The translations under genes and the position numbers were made by a program. The notes under the pieces were generated by a model. It made no database searches and had not been told where the DNA came from. It worked only from the letters and a program-made list of their open reading frames with translations. Shown here one piece after another: positions 32,521 to 39,914 of a stretch of 39,914 bases of DNA. Each line of letters opens with the position of its first letter. Positions within the stretch are counted from its first letter, which is position 1. The DNA comes from Thermoplasmata archaeon (GTDB lineage: Archaea; Thermoplasmatota; Thermoplasmata; Lutacidiplasmatales; UBA184), in the NCBI GenBank assembly GCA_030039865.1, contig JASHUS010000205.1, forward strand, positions 1 to 39,914. Reading direction: 5' to 3'.

Positions 32521-33534
32521 CTAGGCGATCGCCGGTTCGCGGAGCACGGAGAGGTCGAGCGCCTGCTTCGCGATCTCGTACGTATGGCTGACCGAGCGAT
32601 CGAGGCTCTCGACGACCCGGTGCACGCTCAATAGGTCGTGCCCGGTGAGCTTCGAGAGTCGCGCCAGGAGCTCTTCGAGCTGCTCGCGGAGCCGCAGGCA
32701 GCCATCGATCGCGTCGTTGGCGAGCTCGCTGTCGCTGCCGAAGAGCGCCTCGAAGGCGCCGTCGAGGCGGGCCGTCACCTCGCCGACGCACGCTTCGAGC
32801 TCCCCGTTGAGCCCGGGATCGCGGAGCGGCGTGCCATGGAGGGTCAACGCGCGCTGGGCGAGCTCGACCGCGTCCTGCCCGATGCACTCGAGCAGCTTCG
32901 CGACGAGCCGCAGGTACGGCGCCTCGAGGGAGCCGTCCGGCGCCGGCGGGCCCCCGTTCGTCCGCGACGCGTGCGTGAGCTTCGCGACGATCCAGAAGAG
33001 ACGGTTGAGATCCTCGTCGTGGAGCTCGACGTCCCGCGCGCGGTCGGGGTCGCCGTCCTGCAACGTTCGCAGGGAGTCGGTCAACATCGCGCGGACGACC
33101 AGGTGCATCCGGCGGAGGCAGCGCGCGGCGCTGAGTTCGGACCCGTTCGAGAAATCCTGGAGGACCAGGTGCGTCGGCGTCTCGTCGATGATCTCGGGCC
33201 CGTTGACGAGCCGGCAGAACTCGCGGGCCACCCGACGCGCCGCGATCCGGCCCCGCGGCGGGTACCGGACCTCGATGAGCCGGAAGTTCGTGACGTACGC
33301 GCCGATCAACTTCCGCAGGAGGTGGTCGGACGACCCGATCCGGGCCGCGTCGAACACCTTGCGCTCGTTCGGTGCGTGGTCCGCGGCATCGGCGCGGACG
33401 CAGACGGTCCCGTCGCGCTCGGTATCGATGTAGAGCAGGTCACCGGCCTTGAGACCGCGATCAGCGACCCATCGCCGGGGCAGGGAGACCTGGAACGTCG
33501 AACCCCCGACGAGCTGTAGCTTCCGCCCTTCCAT
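32521..33534 (-). CDS. Archaeal phosphate-uptake-regulator-like protein: AbrB/SpoVT N-terminal domain plus PhoU repeats
   Basis: MEGRKLQLVGGSTFQVSLPRRWVADRGLKAGDLLYI (SpoVT/AbrB), followed by helical PhoU-like repeats (…ARCLRRMHLVVRAMLTD…, …SVHRVVESLDRSVSHTYEIAK). Confidence 0.85.
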   Translation of the reverse strand: MEGRKLQLVGGSTFQVSLPRRWVADRGLKAGDLLYIDTERDGTVCVRADAADHAPNERKVFDAARIGSSDHLLRKLIGAYVTNFRLIEVRYPPRGRIAARRVAREFCRLVNGPEIIDETPTHLVLQDFSNGSELSAARCLRRMHLVVRAMLTDSLRTLQDGDPDRARDVELHDEDLNRLFWIVAKLTHASRTNGGPPAPDGSLEAPYLRLVAKLLECIGQDAVELAQRALTLHGTPLRDPGLNGELEACVGEVTARLDGAFEALFGSDSELANDAIDGCLRLREQLEELLARLSKLTGHDLLSVHRVVESLDRSVSHTYEIAKQALDLSVLREPAIA

Positions 33535-33554
33535 TCTTGGTGCGTCCCCGGTGA

Positions 33555-33563
33555 GGAAATATC
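33555..33563 (-). promoter_or_regulatory. TATA-like box upstream of the AbrB-PhoU gene
   Basis: GATATTTCC (minus strand) lies 21-29 nt upstream of the ATG at 33534. Confidence 0.35.
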
Positions 33564-33628
33564 ATGCAAAGCGGGGGGTCTTAAGCAGAAAGACGTGCGC
33601 AAAGACCCTACGCGTGTGCAATTTCTGT

Positions 33629-33641
33629 ACGTATTATACGT
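33629..33641. repeat. A/T-rich 13-nt palindrome in the divergent phoU-like/oxidase intergenic region
   Basis: ACGTATTATACGT (ACGTAT-T-ATACGT), nested inside the inverted repeat CGCGTG (33611-16)/CACGCG (33642-47). Confidence 0.6.
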
Positions 33642-33732
33642 CACGCGCCGGCGGTCCGGCGCCGGTCCGGTCCTCACCGGCCCGAGATAAACGCGGGGGC
33701 TGCTCGACCTCCCGACCGGAGCGCCCACGGCG

Positions 33733-36465
33733 ATGTCGGGCACGGACCTCCGTCCCTCGCAGGCCGGTGCCGAAGAATCGAGCATCCCGGTCTTCGAGCG
33801 GCCCCCGGCGCTCATCCAGTGGCTCGACGCGACCGAGGATTCGATCCGGCTGAGCCTCGCGAAGCTCCGACTGTTCGAGCGGATCTTCCTCCTGCGGCGC
33901 GACTGGATGACCCGCATCACGATGCTGATGCTGATCGCCGGCCTCCTCTGGGGCGCGGTCGGAGGGTTCGACGCCTTCGGGTTCCAGACGCAGGTGGTCG
34001 CGTACGCCACCGGTTCGGTCGTGCACCTGTCGAACGTCGAGATCTACTCGTCGGTCACGCTCCACGGCATCCGCGAGCTGTTCGGCTTCGCCCAGCAGCT
34101 CGAGATGGCCGCGCTCGGATTCCTCGTCGTCAACGCGCTCGGCCTTGTGCCCCGGCACAAGTGGACGCTCTACTCGACCGTCATCCTGCTCAACGGCTCG
34201 ATGCTCCTGATCCAGGGACCGATCTACTTCCTCCCGTTCAACGACAACTACTTCCCGGCGAGCGGATGGTACTTCCTCTCCCCGCTCGGGATCAACGGGC
34301 AGAGCGCGTACGTCGTCAGCCCGCTCTTCTTTCTCGGCTGGCTCGCGCTGTGCGCCGCGCTCTTCCTGTGGACCGCCTGGATGGTGATCCACCTGCGCGA
34401 TTGGTACCGGCAGCACCGCGCCGAGGCGCAGGGGCGGCGGTACCCGGTCTTCCTCTGGTTCGTCGTCGGCACGCTCGTCCTCGTGCCGCTGACGTACGGG
34501 CCGCTCGTCGTCTCGACCGCGTGGGACATCGGTAGCGCGTACGCGGGCTGGCCGATCAGCGCGCTCGCCAACCAGGTTATCTTCTGGATGTTCGGCCACA
34601 GCCTCGTCTACCTCCTCTTCCTCCTGCCGATCGTCGCCCTCTACGTCCTCATCCCGATCCTGGCGCGCCGGCCCCCCTACAGCTACCGCTGGGCGGTCGC
34701 GTCGGCGATCCTCTTCGTGCTCCTCACGCCGCTCCTAGGGCTCCACCACCTCTACCTCGCGCCCCTCCCGGCGTGGTCGACCTGGCTCACGATGGCGCTC
34801 TCGTTCGCCATCGCGCTACCGTCCGCGATCACGTTCTTCTCGGTCTGGATGACCGTGAAGGGCGTGCCCGCGGGGCAGTGGGAATGGAACGCGGTCGCGC
34901 TCTTCGCGCTCCTCGCCTTCGCGGGGGCGATCTTCGGCGGGCTCTCGGGCCCCGCCCTCGCCACGATCCCCTGGGACGTGGACGTGCACAACAGCCTGTT
35001 CGTGCTCGGCCACTTCCACGCCATGACGATCCTCGCGATCGCGGCCGGCGGGTACGCGCTCCTCTACGCGGTCTTCCCGATCCTCACCGGCCGGCAGTGG
35101 TTCTCCGCCTGGCTCGCGCGGCTCCACTTCCTCTTCACGGTCGTCGGCGGCGCGACGATCGTCGTCGCGTTCGAGGAGCTCGGCAGCCTCGGCGTCCTGC
35201 GCCGCGAGTTCATCCTCCCGCATCTCGCCGCGATCACGAGCTACCAGCTGATCCTCCTCGGCGGGATCGTCGTCATGCTGGGCGGCCAACTGTTCTTTGT
35301 CGCGAACGGCGCGCTCACCGTCTTCCGCGGGGAGCTCTACAGCGCCGCCGGGCTGTCGTTCGACGAAGCGATCCGGCGGGCCGCCCAGTCGACGGTGCCG
35401 AAGCGGCGCCGTCGGGTACCGATCGCCGACGTGCCGTTCGTCCGCCGGGTCTCCCGCGCCCGGCGCGAACGGATCGAGGCGGCCTGGGTCGGTACCGTCA
35501 TCGTGCTGCTCGCGGGCGTTCTCGCGGCGGCCACGCCGGGGGCGTTCGCGGTCGGGAACTCGATCAACGGCGACGCGGCCGACCCCGGCGTGAGCGAGTG
35601 GATCGATCTCCACGGCCAGCAGTACTACTGGAGCGCGACGGAGTCGGGCGCGGTCAACGGGACGTACGACAACGCGCTCGTCGTCTTCGCCGGCGCGTCG
35701 GTCGAGGTGAACCTCTCGGCGAGCGGGGCCACGCAGTCGCTCCTGATCCCGTTCCGGGACCAGGCGGTCGTCGACGTCCAGGCGGTCCCGGGCACGCCCT
35801 CGTACGCCTCGTTCACCGCTCCGAGCGTCGCTGGGGTGTACGGCGCCCCCGACGGCGAGTACGACGGGCCCTGGTTCGGCCAGGACGTCTCGGCGCTGAT
35901 CGTGCTGCCGACCGGCGCCGACACCGGTGCTTCCCTCGCCAGCTTCCAGTCGAACGGGGGCGGTGGGGACATCTACAATCCTCCCGTCCTCCCCGCCGCG
36001 ACGGCCGACCTCGTCGGGAATCCCGAAGGGCTGTTCAACGACTCTGTCCCCGGCCCGACGCTGTCGGCGAACGTGGTCGCCGGGGGCGGTCCGGTGTCGC
36101 TAGAGTGGACCGTGCCGCTCGACAGCATCGGCATCAACAACTATCTCGTCAACGTGACATCGAACAGCCCGAACGCGCAGCAGCAGTACGTTCTCCAACA
36201 CAACGGCACTCTTCCCTATCCCACGGGACTCTGGAGGATCGATCCGGCCCGCGGGCTCGCGCCCGTCAACGGCACGCTCGGTCCGCTCGTGATCGGGCGG
36301 AACGTCTCACTGAGCTCGGACCTCGTCCCGGGCGCGTACCTGTACGGGCTCCCGAGCCCGGTCGACTACTCGTACGACCCGGCGGGCGACTCCGGGCCGG
36401 GGGTCGGGATCCAGACGGGCGACGTGATGGGGCTCTGGGGGGTGCTGTGGGTGGGCGGGGCATGA
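33733..36465 (+). CDS. Heme-copper oxidase subunit I (B-family/ba3-like) fused to an extra TM helix and a roughly 305-aa Cys-free extracellular tail of cupredoxin-like domains
   Basis: 910 aa. Ligand contexts: TLHGIRELFGF (helix II His), FWMFGHSLVY (CuB His with the cross-link Tyr), GLHHLY (helix VII HH), VLGHFHAMT (helix X HxH). After helix XII comes a basic linker, then the TM helix AAWVGTVIVLLAGVLAAA, then the tail from about nt 35548. IDLHGQQYYWSA…VEVNLSASGATQSLLIPF…VPGTPSYASFTAPSVAGVYGA resembles the subunit II cupredoxin fold, but the CuA Cys/His/Met residues are absent. Confidence 0.85.
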   Translation: MSGTDLRPSQAGAEESSIPVFERPPALIQWLDATEDSIRLSLAKLRLFERIFLLRRDWMTRITMLMLIAGLLWGAVGGFDAFGFQTQVVAYATGSVVHLSNVEIYSSVTLHGIRELFGFAQQLEMAALGFLVVNALGLVPRHKWTLYSTVILLNGSMLLIQGPIYFLPFNDNYFPASGWYFLSPLGINGQSAYVVSPLFFLGWLALCAALFLWTAWMVIHLRDWYRQHRAEAQGRRYPVFLWFVVGTLVLVPLTYGPLVVSTAWDIGSAYAGWPISALANQVIFWMFGHSLVYLLFLLPIVALYVLIPILARRPPYSYRWAVASAILFVLLTPLLGLHHLYLAPLPAWSTWLTMALSFAIALPSAITFFSVWMTVKGVPAGQWEWNAVALFALLAFAGAIFGGLSGPALATIPWDVDVHNSLFVLGHFHAMTILAIAAGGYALLYAVFPILTGRQWFSAWLARLHFLFTVVGGATIVVAFEELGSLGVLRREFILPHLAAITSYQLILLGGIVVMLGGQLFFVANGALTVFRGELYSAAGLSFDEAIRRAAQSTVPKRRRRVPIADVPFVRRVSRARRERIEAAWVGTVIVLLAGVLAAATPGAFAVGNSINGDAADPGVSEWIDLHGQQYYWSATESGAVNGTYDNALVVFAGASVEVNLSASGATQSLLIPFRDQAVVDVQAVPGTPSYASFTAPSVAGVYGAPDGEYDGPWFGQDVSALIVLPTGADTGASLASFQSNGGGGDIYNPPVLPAATADLVGNPEGLFNDSVPGPTLSANVVAGGGPVSLEWTVPLDSIGINNYLVNVTSNSPNAQQQYVLQHNGTLPYPTGLWRIDPARGLAPVNGTLGPLVIGRNVSLSSDLVPGAYLYGLPSPVDYSYDPAGDSGPGVGIQTGDVMGLWGVLWVGGA

Positions 36466-36680
36466 CGGACGCCGCGCCCGATCGACCGACGGCTGGGGTC
36501 GGCCCCTTCGGGGTGTTCGGGATCGTTGCGGCGATCGCGGCGGCCGGCGCCGTCTTCGAGATGTCGTACTACTCGGCCAACGCCGCTCTCTCCCCGGCCG
36601 CGCTCGGCACCACCGTCGGGATCGTGATCGCGCTCCTCGCGTTCTTTGCCTGGGGGATCCGCGCCCCGCCGAACGAATAG
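36462..36680 (+). CDS. Small two-TM membrane protein (72 aa), possible accessory oxidase subunit
   Basis: The ATG at 36462 overlaps the oxidase TGA (ATGA). MTDAAPDRPTAGVGPFGVFGIVAAIAAAGAVFEMSYYSANAALSPAALGTTVGIVIALLAFFAWGIRAPPNE. Read from the end of track ORF 34773..36680. Confidence 0.5.
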   Translation: MTDAAPDRPTAGVGPFGVFGIVAAIAAAGAVFEMSYYSANAALSPAALGTTVGIVIALLAFFAWGIRAPPNE

Positions 36681-36683
36681 GCA

Positions 36684-37583
36684 GTGGGAAAGACGTCTTG
36701 GACCGGGTCGCCTCGCTCCGGCGGGATGGACCGGGGCGGGTGGGACGGCCTCGCGGCATGGCGCGACGACCGGATGGGCGAGGAGGGCGATCTCTGGCAC
36801 CGGGCGATCATCGACCCCACGCTCCTCGACGTCGTGGGACCCGTGCGGGGCCTCGCGGTGCTCGACCTCGCCTGCGGCAACGGCTACCTCACGCGCCGCT
36901 GGGCCCGTGCGGGGGCGACCCGGGCGGTCGGCATCGAGCGGTCCCGGCCGACGATCGCGAACGCGCGTCGTCGGGAGCGAGACCGCCCCTCGGGCGCGGT
37001 CTTCCTTGAGCGCGACGCGGCGCATCTGCGCGGACTCTCGAGCCACTCGTTCGACCTCGTCGTCGCGAACATGGCCCTGATGGACATCCGCAACGCCGAG
37101 GGCGCGATCCGCGAGGCGAGCCGGGTCCTGCGCCCGGCGGGGCGCTTCGTCTTCTCCCTGAACCATCCCTGCTTCGACGTCGACGAGCGCTCGGGCTGGC
37201 TCGTGGAGCACGCGCGGGACCCGCGGGGCGACCGGCACGAGGTCGTGGCGCGCAAGGTCGCGCGCTACCGCGACGAGCGGGCGGTCCGCGTCCCGTGGGA
37301 CGTCGGGCCCGGCCGGGTCGGGTGGACGACCTCGTTCCACCGGACGATCCCGACCTACGCCCGCTGGCTGCGCGCGGCGGGCCTCGCGATCACCCGCCTC
37401 GAGGAACCGGTACCGACCGACGAAGCCGTCGCGAAGAGCCCGGAAGGTCGGTTCCTGCTCGAGATCCCGCTCCACCTCGTCGTCGAGGCCCGGCCCCTCC
37501 CCGGGCTCCGTCCGGACGGGGCCGTCAGGCGACGGGGGTCGCGAACGTCGGAAGGTACGACGACGCAAACGTCCCCACGATAG
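36684..37583 (+). CDS. Class I SAM-dependent methyltransferase
   Basis: Motif I VLDLACGNGY, motif post-I GIERS, LRPAGRFVFS. GTG 36684, with the alternative ATG 36726. The low-complexity C-terminal tail overlaps the convergent radical SAM gene by 59 nt. Confidence 0.8.
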   Translation: MGKTSWTGSPRSGGMDRGGWDGLAAWRDDRMGEEGDLWHRAIIDPTLLDVVGPVRGLAVLDLACGNGYLTRRWARAGATRAVGIERSRPTIANARRRERDRPSGAVFLERDAAHLRGLSSHSFDLVVANMALMDIRNAEGAIREASRVLRPAGRFVFSLNHPCFDVDERSGWLVEHARDPRGDRHEVVARKVARYRDERAVRVPWDVGPGRVGWTTSFHRTIPTYARWLRAAGLAITRLEEPVPTDEAVAKSPEGRFLLEIPLHLVVEARPLPGLRPDGAVRRRGSRTSEGTTTQTSPR

Positions 37584-38592
37584 GTATCCGGTGACCGCAG
37601 GAAGAACAGCGGTTCTCGGCGTCGAGGTTCCAGGAGCGGATCGTGAATCCGTACCGTTCGACCGCGATCGCCCCGCACTTCGGGCAGTATGTGTGCTCGA
37701 GCGGATGGCCCCAGACGTTGCCGAGGTAGACGTAGTCGAGCCCCTCGGCCTTCGCGACCGCGTGCAGGCGCTCGAGCGTCGCGATCGGGGTGTTCGGCAG
37801 GTCCATCATCTTGTAGTCGGGGTGGAAGCGGAGTAGGTGGAAGGGCGTCTCGGGTCCGAGCTCGTCATGCACGAAGCGCGCGAGCGTCCGCGTCGCGTCG
37901 ACCGAGTCCCCCACCTTCGGGACGATGAGGTCGGTGACCTCGAGGTGGACGCCGTGCTTCTTGAGGCCGACCGACGACTCGAAGATCGGCTCGGGACCCT
38001 TCGCCGCGATGTAGCGACGCAGGAACCCCGCCTCGCCACTCCCCTTGAAGTCGACGCTCACCGCGTCGAGGTGCGGGCCGAGCGCCGCGACCGCCTCCGG
38101 CGTGAGGTAGCCGTTCGTGACGAAGTTGGCGAAGAGTCCGGCGGCGTGCGCCTCGCGGATGACGTCGAGCGCGTACTCGGCGAAGATCGACGGCTCGTTG
38201 TACGTGAACGTGACGCCGTCGCAGCCGTACCGCCGGGCGCCGGCGACCGCGGCCTTCGGGGGGAGCGCGCGGCCGACGACCTCGTGCTCCTGGGAGATCT
38301 CGGCGTTCTGGCAGTACTGGCATCGCCAGTTGCAGCCCACCGTCCCGATCGAGTAGACGCGCGAGCCGGGGTGGAAGTGCGAGAGCGGCTTCTTCTCGAC
38401 CGGGTCGACCTGGACGGCCGAGGCCCGGCCGTAGCTCAGCAGGACGAGCCGTCCGTCGACGTTCTTGCGCACGAAGCAGAAGCCGTGCGAACCCGCGGGG
38501 ATCGCGCAGTAGCGGGCGCACGCGGTGCAGCGCACCTTTCCGCCCTCGAGCGGTTCGAAGAGCGTCGCCGTGTGACCGATCGCCGCCGCCAT
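37525..38592 (-). CDS. AmmeMemoRadiSam-system radical SAM enzyme (PflA-like activase fold)
   Basis: 355 aa. N-terminal VRCTACARYCAIPAGSHGFCFVRKN, radical SAM CNWRCQYCQN, C-terminal CPKCG…CSSCG. This overall pattern is typical of that family. Confidence 0.85.
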   Translation of the reverse strand: MAAAIGHTATLFEPLEGGKVRCTACARYCAIPAGSHGFCFVRKNVDGRLVLLSYGRASAVQVDPVEKKPLSHFHPGSRVYSIGTVGCNWRCQYCQNAEISQEHEVVGRALPPKAAVAGARRYGCDGVTFTYNEPSIFAEYALDVIREAHAAGLFANFVTNGYLTPEAVAALGPHLDAVSVDFKGSGEAGFLRRYIAAKGPEPIFESSVGLKKHGVHLEVTDLIVPKVGDSVDATRTLARFVHDELGPETPFHLLRFHPDYKMMDLPNTPIATLERLHAVAKAEGLDYVYLGNVWGHPLEHTYCPKCGAIAVERYGFTIRSWNLDAENRCSSCGHRIPIVGTFASSYLPTFATPVA

Positions 38593-38691
38593 CTCGCCCC
38601 GTAGGTGCTAGGCCCCGGGGCGGGATAATGCTCGCTCCGGCGCGGGGCCTCCAACCGAAGTTTCATCCGCCGGGTTCTCCCGTCCTCGCGC

Positions 38692-39914
38692 GATGACCGT
38701 AGAGGCGGCGGCGCCCGGCGCGTCGGCCGAAGCGGACCGGGTCGAGGCGGCGGTCGCGGCGCGCATCGACCCCTCGCCCGAGTTCCTCGCGCGGGTCGAG
38801 CGCGTGCGGACGGAGCTGGTGCGGCGTGTCGCCGAGGCGGCGCAGGCCCGGTCCAGCCCGCTCGTCCGGGCGTTGGTCGCCGGTAGCGCGGCGCGCGGGA
38901 CGTTCCTGACCGATCGACTCGACATCGACCTCTTCCTGCTCTTTCCGCCCGATCTTCCGCGCGAGCGTTTGCGCGAGGAAGGTCTCGCGCTCGGGCGAAG
39001 CGTGCTCGCCGAGCCCGAGACGCGGTATGCCGAGCATCCGTACCTGCGGGGCGTGTTCGAGGGGTTCCGGGTCGACGCGGTCCCCGGGTACGCCGTCGCC
39101 GATCCGAGCCGGCCCCTGTCGGCCGTCGATCGGACCCCCTTCCACCAAGCGTACCTCGAATCCCGAGAGCCCCCCGAGGTCGTGCGGCAGGTCCGGCTCG
39201 CGAAGCAGTTCTTCCGGGCGGTCGGGGTCTACGGCTCCGAGGCCCGGACCGAGGGGTTCTCGGGCTATCTCGTCGAACTGTTGGTCGTCCGCTTCGGCTC
39301 GCTGCGCGCGCTGCTCACCGAAGCGCGGCGCTGGAGAATACCGGCCCGGGTCGGCGAACCGAGCCGCGATCCGCCCCGCCTACCGGAGCACGTGGCGCTG
39401 ATCCTCGCCGATCCGGTCGACCCGAACCGCAACGTCGCGAGCGCTCTGTCGCGGCGCAACCTCGGGCTCTTCATCCTGGCCGCGGGGGCGTACCTCGACG
39501 CCCCCTCCGAACGGTGGTTCCGGCCGACAAGCCCGGCCGGATGGACGCGGGAGCAGGCGCTCGCCCGGTTGCACGAGCGAGCGACGCACGTCACGGTCGT
39601 CTCGCTGCCGCGGCCGGACCTGGTCGACGACACGCTCTTCCCGCAACTCCGCAAGGCCGCGCGCGCGATATCGGACGAGCTTGCGAGGGCCGAGTTCCCG
39701 CCGCTCGGCTGGTCGATCGCGGCCGGGACGGACGAGGTGCATTTCCTCTTCGAGCTGCCGCACGCGCGTCGATCGGCCGTTCGGGTGCAGGACGGCCCGC
39801 CGCCCGGGATCGACCGGGTCGGCCAGTTCCTCGGGAAGTGGACGGACCGGGACGCGCCCGTTCTGCAGGGTCCGTACGTGCGCGAGGACGGCAGCCTCGC
39901 GGTCGAGTCCCGGC
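38692..39914 (+). CDS. cca: CCA-adding enzyme (archaeal class I tRNA nucleotidyltransferase), 3'-truncated by the window end
   Basis: Hand-translated from ATG 38692; not in the track because there is no stop in the window. GSAARGTFLTDRLDIDLFLLFP, YAEHPYLRG, VDAVPGY, SAVDRTPFHQAYL, VRLAKQFFRAVGVYGSEARTEGFSGYLVELLVVRFGS. Confidence 0.88.

Noticed and set aside
1-39914. CRISPR arrays, rRNA genes, transposases/IS elements, integrases
   Set aside because: No regularly spaced direct repeats, no rRNA-like conserved stretches and no DDE or tyrosine-recombinase motifs were seen in any plausible ORF. This is a by-eye scan, so short or degenerate elements could have been missed.

Overview
Very GC-rich chromosomal segment that reads as archaeal. 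Archaeal markers present: a class I CCA-adding enzyme, RNase P protein Rpp21, Tsr3, an archaeal-type GluRS, an AbrB-PhoU regulator, a DhnA-type aldolase, a tRNA-Gln with an A1-U72 pair and a bulge-helix-bulge intron, and A/T boxes about 27-40 nt upstream of start codons. The lineage cannot be fixed without a database search. I can support about 48 protein genes and 3 tRNA genes: Ala-CGC, Gln-CTG with an intron in the T loop, and Leu-CAA. None of the three encodes CCA. Most genes are housekeeping or transport: msrA, moaA, an HtrA-like protease, two ABC systems, RNase HI, cyclophilin, FMN reductase, aldolase, CDF and MFS transporters, gltX, rnp4 and cca. Many long ORFs in the track are alternative-frame or antisense artefacts of the high GC content and were discarded. 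The most interesting signals are listed below. (1) Two tRNA genes (Ala, Leu) are each followed by a short, visibly A/T-richer cassette that ends in a direct repeat of the tRNA 3' end. This is an att-like structure, but no integrase is present. One cassette holds a RelE/antitoxin pair. The other holds a three-gene module (membrane protein, YihD-like protein, HicB-like protein) and sits inside a larger low-GC island that also carries a bacterial-style class III nucleotidyl cyclase-TPR protein. (2) A B-family (ba3-like) heme-copper oxidase subunit I is fused to an extra TM helix and a roughly 305-aa cysteine-free extracellular tail made of cupredoxin-like domains. No CuA subunit II gene is adjacent. 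(3) The tRNA-Gln has a 34-nt intron at position 59/60 with a textbook bulge-helix-bulge motif. (4) The tsr3 gene is frameshifted. (5) There is an ACE-like M2 peptidase with no signal peptide. No CRISPR array, rRNA gene, transposase or integrase was seen.
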